Shown: positions 21,296 through 30,627, counted from the stretch's first letter. The stretch: DNA of 64,000 nucleotides from Methylococcaceae bacterium UBA975 (GCA_002292375.1 DBBV01000020.1:8197-72196), one strand, 5' to 3'. Translations and numbers: made by a program. Notes: a model not told the origin generated them from the sequence alone.

Positions 21296-21594
21296 TTGTC
21301 GTTTACCTCTGGTTGATTATCCTCTGGGCTTTCACCATCTGTATAAAGATTACCCTGCTCGATTAGTTTTAAAACGGCAACAACGCCAATAAAATTAATG
21401 AGGGTATAGACCAGCGCAATATCAAGCAGGTCATGCCGGTCAGTAAAAAAGGCATACACGGCAATCAGCAAAATTGTTTTAGTGCCGACCATATTCATCG
21501 CGGCAATACGGTCGTAAACCGTTGGCCCCGACAAGGCACGCGCTAGTGCCAGCAAAATAGTAATCAAAATGGCAATTATCGCGACGGTATACAT
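21292..21594 (-). CDS. mrpF: Mrp antiporter subunit F
   Basis: GPTVYDRI, LDIALVYTLINFIG. Confidence 0.92.
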   Translation of the reverse strand: MYTVAIIAILITILLALARALSGPTVYDRIAAMNMVGTKTILLIAVYAFFTDRHDLLDIALVYTLINFIGVVAVLKLIEQGNLYTDGESPEDNQPEVNDK

Positions 21595-22073
21595 TATGAA
21601 GACAGCTCCACATTATCAGGCACTGCTCTTGCCATTTCACCTGTTTGTAAGTCTGCTGCGCCTTTTTTGCTTAAGGCGTGCACTATGATTTTATCGTTTG
21701 ACAGTTCCAAGGTTACGGTTCCCGGCGTCAGTGTTATTGAGTTGGCATAAATCATTTGGCTTAAATCCGTTTTTTTAGCCGCTGGAAGCGTAATTACTTG
21801 CGGACTTATATCAACGGGACCCAGGGTAAGGATTCGTTTGATGACGTCCACGTTAGAGATAAGAATTTCTTTGCCAAGGTATAAAAAATACCTTAGAAGA
21901 CGCACACTCAAATCAAAGGGGTAACCTTCATGGTCAATGATGTTCATCCGTTTTGCGAGATAAACGCTAAGCAGCGTTGAGAGCACACCCAGTGCAATCA
22001 ATAAGGCACCCGTATGTCCTGATAACATAAACCAGAATAAAAAAATCAAAGACGCCGCGGTGATTGTTCTCAT
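21594..22073 (-). CDS. mrpE: Mrp antiporter subunit E
   Basis: ANSITLTPGTVT motif. Confidence 0.92.
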   Translation of the reverse strand: MRTITAASLIFLFWFMLSGHTGALLIALGVLSTLLSVYLAKRMNIIDHEGYPFDLSVRLLRYFLYLGKEILISNVDVIKRILTLGPVDISPQVITLPAAKKTDLSQMIYANSITLTPGTVTLELSNDKIIVHALSKKGAADLQTGEMARAVPDNVELSS

Positions 22074-22137
22074 TATTTTTAACTTTCCTCAGTGCCTTAG
22101 CTTAGTGCCTTAGCTTAATAAGCGGGTATTCGCATTC

Positions 22138-22165
22138 AGTATAGCAACGCATTTTTAAAATACAA
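22138..22165 (-). promoter_or_regulatory. Candidate sigma-70 promoter of the mrp operon
   Basis: TTGTAT-N16-TATACT with an extended -10 TG. Confidence 0.45.
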
Positions 22166-22264
22166 ATAAGATAAACCACAAAAATCTTGCGGCCTGCCAG
22201 CACATTAAAAATCGAAACCGAGCGTCCGACTCAAAGCCCTGCCTCGATTGATCTTATTCGGTTA

Positions 22265-23053
22265 TTAAGAGGTAGCTGCCCCTGCTAACCACGGCCTTTC
22301 CTCATCAATCATTTCGTATACCTGTTTTAACAACGCCCCTTCTGTGCCATTCAGTGCAACCCACTCTTTTTTATTGCCTCGATGAATCGCTGTTAATTCG
22401 TCAGGGGCATCATTCGGTGCGGGGGTGTCATGGTGGTAAGCGCATAAGGGCAGTACTTTTGCATGCGCCCATTGTTTTGTTCTGCCTTCAACATGGTGTA
22501 GTGAAACAAACTTGATGCCCTCTTGTTCTGCCATGTCTGTGGTGTACCACTTTTTATTCAAACAGCAGATACACCCTATATCGCCTATTTTATTGCCCAG
22601 TTTTTTTTCCAGTGCGGTTGGCGCCCTGCCTTTTAAACCGTTAGATTTGATTGGTTTTGATCTTTTTACATCAACGGCTGAAATCGCTTGAGTTTTAGCT
22701 GTCTTTTTTCTTAGTTTATCTGGCCGCGTATTGAGCAACTGTGTGTTTTGTAGTGCATAACCCGCTGGCGTTTCTTTTACTTGCTGGCGCGCCCGTTGTT
22801 TTTCGGCGGCTTTTATTTGGCTTTCACGTTGTTTGTGCTGCTGCTCTTGTCGATAGGCGGGGTCATCTAATCGTGCTTTCATTTTTTCAAAGGCACGTTG
22901 TTGTGATTTAACTTGTGAGGCTTGTTGTTTTTCTTGTTGTGCCTTTTTATATTCGGGCGAGGCTTGCTTTTGTTTTTGCTTATCGAATTGGCGTTGCCGC
23001 GCAGCATTTGCTTTGGCGATTTTTTTCGCAAAATCTAACTGACTTTCTGACAT
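22265..23053 (-). CDS. Ref-like (recombination enhancement function) HNH nuclease with a long Q/K-rich N-terminus
   Basis: C-terminal GCICC...SLHHVEGR...VLPLCAYHH zinc/HNH pattern typical of the phage P1 Ref family. Confidence 0.75.
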   Translation of the reverse strand: MSESQLDFAKKIAKANAARQRQFDKQKQKQASPEYKKAQQEKQQASQVKSQQRAFEKMKARLDDPAYRQEQQHKQRESQIKAAEKQRARQQVKETPAGYALQNTQLLNTRPDKLRKKTAKTQAISAVDVKRSKPIKSNGLKGRAPTALEKKLGNKIGDIGCICCLNKKWYTTDMAEQEGIKFVSLHHVEGRTKQWAHAKVLPLCAYHHDTPAPNDAPDELTAIHRGNKKEWVALNGTEGALLKQVYEMIDEERPWLAGAATS

Positions 23054-23156
23054 CTGTACTACAACCTTTTAATTAGTTTTATTACCTCCCTATTGATGAG
23101 TGACATAAAGAAGATCCATCATTATCCCCTTTAATTTTAGAAACGGTAGCAAAAAG

Positions 23157-23243
23157 GAAAAACGCCCGCTGTAACGGCAGGAATGACAACTTTAGCAGCA
23201 CGCCTTTGCCTGCTGTCAAACTGTATTGAACGACTTATTAGCT
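23157..23243 (-). other. Degenerate attC-like site after the truncated haemoglobin gene
   Basis: Minus strand AGCTAAT-AAGTCGTTCAA...central hairpin TGACAGCAG/CTGCTAAAGTTGTCA...GCCGTTACAGCGGGC-GTT; the left core has TAAT instead of TAAC. Confidence 0.45.
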
Positions 23244-23651
23244 ACTGCAGGCAAGCCGTATTCTCTCAGCAGGAACACGCAGCTGCTTAATTAAGTAGTG
23301 TTTAAATGAGTCTTCGTAAGACTGCTCATCAACGGCTTTTTGCATACAAAGCATCCAGGCGTCGCTTTCCTCTACACCAATCGACAAATGCTTGTGCGCC
23401 GCAGGAATGTTAATACCACCAAAGTTTTCTGAATATAATTTTGGGCCACCTAGCCAACCCGACAAAAAGTAAGTCAGTTTTTTTCTCGATTCGGATAAGT
23501 CATGCTGGTGCATGGCGCGTATCTTCGCTGCCTCTGGCAGACTTTCCATAAAACCATAGAACGAATCGACCAATGTAGTTAAACCTGCTAACTCACCTGC
23601 TGCTTTATAGGAACCATCACTAACACCATAGTGACTACTGTCAACATTCAT
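23238..23651 (-). CDS. Group II truncated haemoglobin
   Basis: LVDSFYGFM, KLTYFLSGWLGGPKLY, IPAAHKHL, AWMLCM. Confidence 0.9.
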   Translation of the reverse strand: MNVDSSHYGVSDGSYKAAGELAGLTTLVDSFYGFMESLPEAAKIRAMHQHDLSESRKKLTYFLSGWLGGPKLYSENFGGINIPAAHKHLSIGVEESDAWMLCMQKAVDEQSYEDSFKHYLIKQLRVPAERIRLACSS

Positions 23652-23676
23652 ACAATCTCCAATCTTTATATACTGT

Positions 23677-23731
23677 AGTTAATACCTGAATTCAGCGGTA
23701 TCTATGCCGCTACGCTCAATTAAAGTTAAGC
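23677..23731 (-). other. Degenerate attC-like site between the ykgJ-like gene and the globin
   Basis: Minus strand GCTTAAC...AGCGG-loop-CCGCTGAATTCAGGT-ATTAACT, 55 bp; the right core has ATT instead of GTT. Confidence 0.45.
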
Positions 23732-23745
23732 GCCTTATCAAAAAA

Positions 23746-24099
23746 TTACACCAATACTTGCCGTGTATTAGCAATGTAAAAATGTACTTGATCCTCAACA
23801 TCGGCATCAATCATCACCTCTGGCCGCCGACCATTTGGGCAGGCCATACGCGGTGTTGTGCCAAACAAGCGGCAAATTAACGGGCGCTCCTCGTACACGG
23901 TGCACCCCTTAGGCCCTAGGTGCACACAATTAAGGTCATTTAGTGCAGCGTCATGTTCGGCGTCAGTTTTTACCGGTAGGCGTGACATTTCTTCCGAGGA
24001 CGTCGTCACCGGACCACAGCAATCGTGACAACCTGCCACACAGTCAAACGACGGAATGCGCTCGCGCAGTCGTTCGACGGTATCTCGGTTATTGTTCAT
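23746..24099 (-). CDS. YkgJ-family cysteine cluster protein
   Basis: CVAGCHDCC...CVHL...CTVYEERPLICRLFG. Confidence 0.88.
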   Translation of the reverse strand: MNNNRDTVERLRERIPSFDCVAGCHDCCGPVTTSSEEMSRLPVKTDAEHDAALNDLNCVHLGPKGCTVYEERPLICRLFGTTPRMACPNGRRPEVMIDADVEDQVHFYIANTRQVLV

Positions 24100-24116
24100 T
24101 TATACCCACCCTGTAT

Positions 24117-25187
24117 TCAACTCGCTTTATCTTTGTTTTCAATGAACGGGTAATCGGTATAACCTTTACTAGTAAAGGCGTAAAAAGTTGTCGCATCCGG
24201 TTCATTTAATGGTGCATCGGTCTCAAACCTATAAGGCAAATCTGGGTTTGCAATATACAGCTGCCCAAAAGCCACCGCATCGGCTTGTTTTGCGTTTAAT
24301 ACCACGTTCGCTCTTTCCTTTGTAAGCCCCTGGTTGGCAATGTAAACACCACCAAAAGCCGCTTTCAATTTAGGCCCAAACCAGCCGTCAACAGCTGATT
24401 CACGTGCGAAAATAAACGCAATGTTGCGTTTACCCAGCTCTGTTGCAACGTAGGTAAATGTAGCCAATAAATCAGAATCTCCCATATCGTGAGCATCGCC
24501 CTGTGGTGCTAAGTGCATACCTACCCTGTCCGCACCCCATACAGAAATAACAGCGTCTGTAATTTCCAGCATAAATCGGGCGCGATTTTCTAAACTGCCG
24601 CCGTAATTATCTGTTCTATGGTTGGTACTGTCCTGCAAGAACTGGTCGGGTAAATAGCCATTCGCACCGTGAATTTCTACCCCGTCAAAGCCTGCTTTTT
24701 TAGCATTTTCGGCCCCTTTACGGAACTGTTCTATCACGGTTTTAATTTCACTAAGCGTCATTGCACGTGGTGTAACATACGGTTTATGAGGCCGGACTAG
24801 GCTAACGTTTCCTTTAAGAGCAACGGCACTGGGTGCGATGGGTTGCTTACCATCAAGAAACATCGGGTCAGAAATGCGCCCTACATGCCATAATTGCATC
24901 AGTATTCTGCCACCGGCTTTATGCACAGCATCCGTAATTTTTTTCCAGCCTTCAACCTGTTCATCAGACCAAATACCCGGCGTATCCGCATAGCCAACCC
25001 CCATCGGAGATACCGCAGTGGCTTCACTGATAATTAAGCCTGCTGTGCTTCGTTGCGTATAGTACTCAAGCATTAACTCATTAGGCACACGGCTACTGCC
25101 TGAACGACAACGGGTTAAGGGTGCCATGATAATGCGGTTGGGCAAATTAAGTGCGCCGATTTTTATTGGGTCAAACAAGCTGGTCAT
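24117..25187 (-). CDS. nemA: Old yellow enzyme / alkene reductase (NemA-like)
   Basis: NRIIMAPLTRCR, QLWHVGR, GVEIHGANGYL. Confidence 0.9.
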   Translation of the reverse strand: MTSLFDPIKIGALNLPNRIIMAPLTRCRSGSSRVPNELMLEYYTQRSTAGLIISEATAVSPMGVGYADTPGIWSDEQVEGWKKITDAVHKAGGRILMQLWHVGRISDPMFLDGKQPIAPSAVALKGNVSLVRPHKPYVTPRAMTLSEIKTVIEQFRKGAENAKKAGFDGVEIHGANGYLPDQFLQDSTNHRTDNYGGSLENRARFMLEITDAVISVWGADRVGMHLAPQGDAHDMGDSDLLATFTYVATELGKRNIAFIFARESAVDGWFGPKLKAAFGGVYIANQGLTKERANVVLNAKQADAVAFGQLYIANPDLPYRFETDAPLNEPDATTFYAFTSKGYTDYPFIENKDKAS

Positions 25188-25198
25188 GATTATTTTCC

Positions 25199-26086
25199 TT
25201 AAATTGGTCGTTCGATAGTTACTTGATTATATCGTTGTTTTTTTAAAATACAACCCAAAGCAAATCCAGTCATAAACATTAAAATACTATACGTTACCGC
25301 CGGTATCATCATGGCATTATTCCCAATGAGTGTACCCGTAACAAATAAAGCCAGCGTCCCATTTTGAATACCCACTTCATAAGAAATGGATACAGCTTGT
25401 GCTTGTGACAGTTTAAAAAACTTAGCCAACAAATAACCCAAGCCCAGCACTAAAACATTTAACGTTAGTGTCACGGCCCCTGCTTGCACAAAGAACCCGA
25501 CGATTTGAGGTTTATTTTTTAAAATAATCGCAACGATAATTAAAAACAAAAAAATCACTGAAAATACTCGAATAACCGGTTCAGTTTTATTCGCTGCCCC
25601 TTTCCACTTGAACAATATAAACATGCCCAACAACACCGGTATGACCGTAATAAGCAGTAATTGTAGAATGGTTTTTAGCAACGGCAGCTCAAACCCCTCT
25701 GCTGGCCCTATAAAATGATTCATCGCTAATAAGGTGAACAGCGGTAGAGTAAACGGCGTAATAAGGCTGACAACCGCTGTTAGGCTAATGGACAGTGCAA
25801 CATCACCCTTCGCCAAATTGGCAAACATATTTGACGTCGCCCCACCGGGCGCAAATGAAATAATCATCAGCCCAACGGCCAACTCAGGTGCTAATTTAAA
25901 AACCGTGGCCAGCAAGAAGGCAATGAGGGGTAAGGCAATAAGTTGCGCAGACAGCCCAATCACCGCCGCTTTGGGTTGGGTTATAACACGAGTAAAGTCA
26001 GTTCGTCTTAAAGACAGCCCCATACCCAACATAATAATAAATAATGAGACCGGTAAAACAACCGTAGTCAGCAAGTCAGCTTGCAT
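25199..26086 (-). CDS. Bile acid:sodium symporter family transporter
   Basis: APGGATSN, GDVALS, EVGIQNGTLA. Confidence 0.9.
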   Translation of the reverse strand: MQADLLTTVVLPVSLFIIMLGMGLSLRRTDFTRVITQPKAAVIGLSAQLIALPLIAFLLATVFKLAPELAVGLMIISFAPGGATSNMFANLAKGDVALSISLTAVVSLITPFTLPLFTLLAMNHFIGPAEGFELPLLKTILQLLLITVIPVLLGMFILFKWKGAANKTEPVIRVFSVIFLFLIIVAIILKNKPQIVGFFVQAGAVTLTLNVLVLGLGYLLAKFFKLSQAQAVSISYEVGIQNGTLALFVTGTLIGNNAMMIPAVTYSILMFMTGFALGCILKKQRYNQVTIERPI

Positions 26087-26165
26087 AATAAATCCTTTGA
26101 TTTCGATACTTATAATTGATATTGAGGTTTTTTGCTCAGGTGCTAACTACATTGGAATAATCGGC

Positions 26166-26684
26166 TTAACGAACTTTTAAACGGTTATTGGTATCCCTGT
26201 TTTCACTGATCAGCGCATTGCTGTCATGATACTCAGCCGATTTGGCCAGACGATCATACAGCACCACATTCACCGAGGCCGATAAGTTCATGCACCCCAC
26301 GGTGGGGACATAAACAACCGCATCCGCTTGATCGATAATAGCCTGATCAATCGAGCCATCTTCAGGACCAAAAATATACAACGCATTATCAGGGTGCTGA
26401 TACGTCGGCAAAGAAATGGCATCAATGGCAAATTCAATACACACGATTTTCATAGTGTCGGTGACGACATCTAGGAGACGTTCAGTGGCAGACAACAGCA
26501 CGTCTTTACTCACTTTACGGCTCATATCGACCACTCTGGCTTTACGCTCAATAGCCCGTGGGTAACGATCGCCGGTGTAAAAAACCTTCTCCACGCGATA
26601 ATTAGCCGCTGCACGTAAAACAGCCCCCACATTGTCTGGGCTTTTTGGGTTAATTAAGCCGATACTCACCTGTGATTGTTTCAT
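26166..26684 (-). CDS. SpoU/TrmH-family RNA methyltransferase
   Basis: NVGAVLRAA, YIFGPEDG, CMNLSASVNVVLYDR SPOUT motifs. Confidence 0.9.
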   Translation of the reverse strand: MKQSQVSIGLINPKSPDNVGAVLRAAANYRVEKVFYTGDRYPRAIERKARVVDMSRKVSKDVLLSATERLLDVVTDTMKIVCIEFAIDAISLPTYQHPDNALYIFGPEDGSIDQAIIDQADAVVYVPTVGCMNLSASVNVVLYDRLAKSAEYHDSNALISENRDTNNRLKVR

Positions 26685-26730
26685 TTTTTCCTTAATAGCG
26701 CCTGTTGTTTCTTAATATAGCTTTTTAGAC

Positions 26731-26799
26731 AAGCAAAAGGAATAAATGCCTTTGCGGCAGTAGGTAGTTTTAACCTATTAAGTCAATCAAACCTGACAC
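26731..26799 (+). repeat. Degenerate copy of 31210-31278 (right arm of the palindromic element plus type A TCTGACCC repeat)
   Basis: Ungapped manual alignment 51/69 identical. Confidence 0.75.
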
Positions 26800-26876
26800 G
26801 CCGTATTCTTTGTAATGTGCAGAAGAAAGTCATGGAAATGAGTCGCATTTGTCATCGACCCTTTAATTATTGGGAG

Positions 26877-26894
26877 TTTTACTCTGACCCCAAA
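26877..26894 (+). repeat. TCTGACCC repeat, type B (TTTTACTCTGACCCCAAA)
   Basis: Identical 18-mer to the copies at 31285 and 31912. Confidence 0.85.
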
Positions 26895-26921
26895 AAATAT
26901 CAAATATCATACCTAGCCTAC

Positions 26922-29339
26922 CTACTTTATTTTCGTTTCAATGGCGTCTCGCGGGAACTCATCTACCTGAATCACCTTACTGACAAGCCCCATCGCATCT
27001 TGCAATAACTGCCCTTCTTCTGCACTGATGATACCCTGAGACACGCCCTGGACTACAAGCGGCTCAAAATCATTCAGTCCCGGGGTCACGCCTAGCCCCT
27101 GTTTAAGCTTTTTCTCAACAGGTGCTGCATCAAGTACCTTTTCGAACGCTCGGTGCAAAAGACCGGTCGCATCATCGCCATCAGAGCGATAAATTCCACT
27201 CAACAGCCGTTCCCTTGCCGGATTGCGCGTAATCAACACCTGCGCCACATGTTTACCCAATGTATCAGAGGGAACTTTATAGGGGTGACCCAGTGGAAAT
27301 ATCAGCCATTTAACGACCTGCCCAAGCCAAGGAACAGGAAAATTGCGCAAGGTATTGATCAATGCGTCTTGAATCCGCACCAGACTGTCGCGCATGGCCC
27401 AATGCACCAGCGCATGGTCGTCCTTGGGGCAGCCATCATCTTCAAATTGCTTAAGCACTGCTGAGGCAATATACAAGTGACTCAACGCATCAGCCAGACG
27501 CCCTGAAATTTTTTCCTTAAACTTAAAGGAGCCCCCAAATAGCAGTAAAACAAGATCCGATACAAAGGCAAACGCTGCGCTCATTCTGGTTAATTGACGA
27601 TAATAGTGCGCTGTACGCCCATCGACCGGCGCCTTTACAAGCCGAGCACCGGTTAGTCCCATTACCCATGCGCGAACAAAATTGCTGGTGGTATAACCAA
27701 TATGGGAAAAAAAGGCTTCATCAAAGGCTCTGCTATTGGCATCTGAAGGTTCCGCCTGCGCAGCTTGCATTTCCTTCAATAGCCACGGGTGATTACGGAT
27801 GGCTCCCTGACCAAAAACAATCAGGCTACGGGTTAATATATTCGCCCCCTCCACTGTAATGGCTATGGGTAACGCCTGATAGAAGGAGGCCAGATAATTA
27901 TTCGGCCCTTGCATAATACCCTTGCCACCATGAATATCCATTGCATCATTAATGCATTGGCGGTTGCCCTCGGTCATTTGATACTTGAGTATGGCCGACA
28001 ACACGCTCGGCTTTTCTCCCATTTTTAACGCCGACATCGTAAGCAGCCGCGCGGCTTCCATTCGATACGTATTACCAGCAATACGGGCCAGCGGTTCTTC
28101 TATGCCTTCAAAGTATGCGATCGGCAGGCCGAATTGTTTGCGTATCCGAGCATACTCACCGCTCACCTGAGAAGCCAACTTGCTACCCGAAACACCCAGC
28201 GCCGGTAAAGAAATAGCCCGCCCAGCCGCCAGACTATGCATCAACATCAACCAGCCTTCACCGATGCCAGCCTTAGCCCCTATCACATAATCAAGAGGCA
28301 CAAACACCTGATCACCACGGGTTGGGCCATTCATAAACGCACTACCCAAAGGACGATGCCGGGTGCCCGTTGACACCCCTGGCGTGCTCACTGGAATCAA
28401 TGCACAGCTGATGCCGAGGTCTTCTTTTTCACTCAACAAATGATCTGGATCAAGGGTTCGGAAGGCCAGCCCAATGACTGTAGCAACAGGTGCCAGCGTG
28501 ATATACCGCTTGTTCCAATTTAGGCGCAGCCCAATAATTTCTTGCCCCTGCCACTGCCCTTTGCAAATCACTCCGGTATCCGGCATTGCCGATGCATCCG
28601 AGCCGGCGGTCGGCGAAGTGAGGGCAAAACAGGGGATCTCATCACCGCTTGCCAGACGCGGCAGGTAACTATCCCGTTGTTGTTGGGTTCCATAGTGCGC
28701 CAAAAGCTCGCCCGGGCCCAACGAATTTGGCACCATCACCGTTACTGCGGCAGTCAGGTTATGGCTGGCCAGCTTCATTACCACGGCAGCATTACCCAAT
28801 GCGCTAAATTCAAGTCCGCCGTATTCCTTACTGATAATCATACCGAAAAAGCGCAGTTCCTTAAGGAACTGCCACACCGGTGCCGGCAAATCACCTTGCG
28901 ATTCAATCTGCCAGGTATCGAGCATCTTGCACACCGTTTCGACAGGCCCATCCAAAAAGGCCTGCTCCTCTTTAGACAGTTCTGGTTTGGGCACATCGAG
29001 TAATTTTTTCCACTCAGGCTGGCCAGAAAAAAGCTCGGCATCCCACCAGACCGTACCGGCTTCCAAGGCTTCTTGCTCTGTCTGGGATAAGGCAGGCAAC
29101 AGTTTTCGAAACCAGCTGAGTATTGGTTCACTCACATAGTTTTGTCGCAAGGTCCGCAGACTCAGCAGGCCAAACAACACCACCAGAAACCAGCTAAGTA
29201 TCTGTACGGGTAAAGCCGCCAAGTCGGTAACACTGAACAACAAAGCAACCACCACCATTGACACCAATGCGGGTAGTAAACCTGCCCTAAAATACGCAAG
29301 CGCCACTAATACTGAGAATAAAAAAATTAGCTCTACCAT
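26922..29339 (-). CDS. fadE: Acyl-CoA dehydrogenase FadE
   Basis: 805 aa; ALEAGTVWWD, MVPNSLGPGELL, PIAITVEGANILTR. Confidence 0.93.
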   Translation of the reverse strand: MVELIFLFSVLVALAYFRAGLLPALVSMVVVALLFSVTDLAALPVQILSWFLVVLFGLLSLRTLRQNYVSEPILSWFRKLLPALSQTEQEALEAGTVWWDAELFSGQPEWKKLLDVPKPELSKEEQAFLDGPVETVCKMLDTWQIESQGDLPAPVWQFLKELRFFGMIISKEYGGLEFSALGNAAVVMKLASHNLTAAVTVMVPNSLGPGELLAHYGTQQQRDSYLPRLASGDEIPCFALTSPTAGSDASAMPDTGVICKGQWQGQEIIGLRLNWNKRYITLAPVATVIGLAFRTLDPDHLLSEKEDLGISCALIPVSTPGVSTGTRHRPLGSAFMNGPTRGDQVFVPLDYVIGAKAGIGEGWLMLMHSLAAGRAISLPALGVSGSKLASQVSGEYARIRKQFGLPIAYFEGIEEPLARIAGNTYRMEAARLLTMSALKMGEKPSVLSAILKYQMTEGNRQCINDAMDIHGGKGIMQGPNNYLASFYQALPIAITVEGANILTRSLIVFGQGAIRNHPWLLKEMQAAQAEPSDANSRAFDEAFFSHIGYTTSNFVRAWVMGLTGARLVKAPVDGRTAHYYRQLTRMSAAFAFVSDLVLLLFGGSFKFKEKISGRLADALSHLYIASAVLKQFEDDGCPKDDHALVHWAMRDSLVRIQDALINTLRNFPVPWLGQVVKWLIFPLGHPYKVPSDTLGKHVAQVLITRNPARERLLSGIYRSDGDDATGLLHRAFEKVLDAAPVEKKLKQGLGVTPGLNDFEPLVVQGVSQGIISAEEGQLLQDAMGLVSKVIQVDEFPRDAIETKIK

Positions 29340-29550
29340 ATCCTTATACCTCTATATTAATCAATCACATGGCGTTACCAACAACCCTGTGTCCATCCCG
29401 GTACGAATTGTATGAACAACGATTTTAAGGTCAACGTAAAAGCCACTTTAAGCCTTTATCACTGTCTGTCCACGTTTTTCTTTCCCCATTCAGCCGGCAG
29501 CTAAATCAGTGATGGAGCCCGTAAACTAATCGTTACCTATGATTAGGCTT

Positions 29551-29568
29551 TTTTACTCTGATCCCAAA
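29551..29568 (+). repeat. TCTGACCC repeat, type B variant
   Basis: TTTTACTCTGATCCCAAA, one mismatch to the type B consensus. Confidence 0.75.
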
Positions 29569-29587
29569 GGCTTTTGAGGCATTAAAT

Positions 29588-29613
29588 CAATTGATTCTGA
29601 CCCTATTGATTTT
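29588..29613 (+). repeat. TCTGACCC repeat, type A hairpin
   Basis: AAATCAAT-TGATTCTGACCCT-ATTGATTT; directly abuts the truncated attC. Confidence 0.85.
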
Positions 29614-29695
29614 AACAGGCAAAATTTGTTTGGCTAAAATAGAGCGGAGCGAGATAGCCAGCCGTATTTTGGCCTTGTTGATTAACGTGTTATCT
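29614..29695 (-). other. attC site truncated at its right end
   Basis: AGATAAC-ACGTTAATCAACAAGGCCAAAATACGGCTGGCT...TAGCCAAACAAATTTTGCCTGTT, then the type A repeat; the terminal spacer and R' core are missing. Confidence 0.75.
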
Positions 29696-30184
29696 CTTGG
29701 TTGCAACTTTATTGCAGGCGTAAATTCTACCATTTGATTGCGATTTAACTTCTAGGCTACTTTTAGTTAATTTGAGTATGTTTGATGACTCATTGATCCG
29801 CTTTGGAATAAATTGTTTTACATTTAAAAGTTGATCTAATTCTGGATGACTAACATTTACAGACTTAATTTCTGTAGATGATAAAAGAAAATGTCCCTCT
29901 TTTATTTTCCAAATAGAGTTGCCTGTAAGGCTATATTTTAATTCAGGAAAGTTTGGCAATTTAAATAACAGGGTACCAAATCCATTTGATTTTCCAGTGC
30001 GAAAAAAATTAACGTTATAGTTAATCTTTGCTTTCATTTTAGTATTTGAATTATTGACTTCATGTTTACAATGCCAGTTCCCATACAAATCACTTTCATT
30101 GATAGCTTTTTGTCCCGTCGCGAAAGCTGACATAGAACAGACCAACGTAAACAGAGGTAAAACATTAATTAGATTCATTCTCAT
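29690..30184 (-). CDS. Cassette-encoded hypothetical exported protein (beta-barrel/lipocalin-like)
   Basis: Signal peptide, LYGNWHC motif; stop codon lies within the attC inverse core. Confidence 0.7.
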   Translation of the reverse strand: MRMNLINVLPLFTLVCSMSAFATGQKAINESDLYGNWHCKHEVNNSNTKMKAKINYNVNFFRTGKSNGFGTLLFKLPNFPELKYSLTGNSIWKIKEGHFLLSSTEIKSVNVSHPELDQLLNVKQFIPKRINESSNILKLTKSSLEVKSQSNGRIYACNKVATKR

Positions 30185-30200
30185 CCTTATAGCGATTAAA

Positions 30201-30260
30201 AGCTGACGTTTTGAATATGCCGCCGCGCTTTTTGCGGTCGGATTTATTTTTTTGTTAGGT
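30201..30260 (-). other. attC site (60 bp) with a mutated core (GTC instead of GTT)
   Basis: ACCTAAC-AAAAAAATAAATCCGACCGCAAAAAGCGCGGCGGCATATTCAAAAC-GTCAGCT; near-identical to the attC at 34023. Confidence 0.85.
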
Positions 30261-30278
30261 TTTTGGTTTGACGGAAAT

Positions 30279-30303
30279 CAATCGAGTCTGACCCCATTGA
30301 TTT
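30279..30303 (+). repeat. TCTGACCC repeat, type A
   Basis: CAATCGAGTCTGACCCCATTGATTT, 24/25 identical to 31263-31287. Confidence 0.88.
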
Positions 30304-30345
30304 GCGATTAACCCGATACTTACATGTGATTGTTTCATTTTTTCT

Positions 30346-30618
30346 TTAAGCAATCGCTTGAATATCCTCAATATGCTTGGGTTGGCATTTACTTAGGTCG
30401 TAGCTGCTTTGCAGACTTACCCAATAGTCAGGCGTTGTATTGAAGTATTTAGCCAGCCTTAAAGCTGTATCAGGCGTGATTGAACGCCTCTCTTTTATAA
30501 TGTCACCTACCCTTGTCGCAGGCATAAAAGTGTCTTTTGCTAAGCGGTATGGGGTGATGCTCATTTCTTCAAGCAATTCTTGCAAAAAAACACCGGGGTG
30601 AAATGGGTTATTAATCAT
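30346..30618 (-). CDS. higA: HigA antitoxin (HTH XRE)
   Basis: HPGVFLQE, RSITPDTALRLAKYFNTTPDYWVSLQSSYDL. Confidence 0.95.
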   Translation of the reverse strand: MINNPFHPGVFLQELLEEMSITPYRLAKDTFMPATRVGDIIKERRSITPDTALRLAKYFNTTPDYWVSLQSSYDLSKCQPKHIEDIQAIA

Positions 30619-30627
30619 AATTTACTC

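Noticed and set aside
22170-22270. Third degenerate attC after the Ref-like gene
   Set aside because: Only short scattered complementarity and no proper core spacing; overlaps the mrp promoter region.
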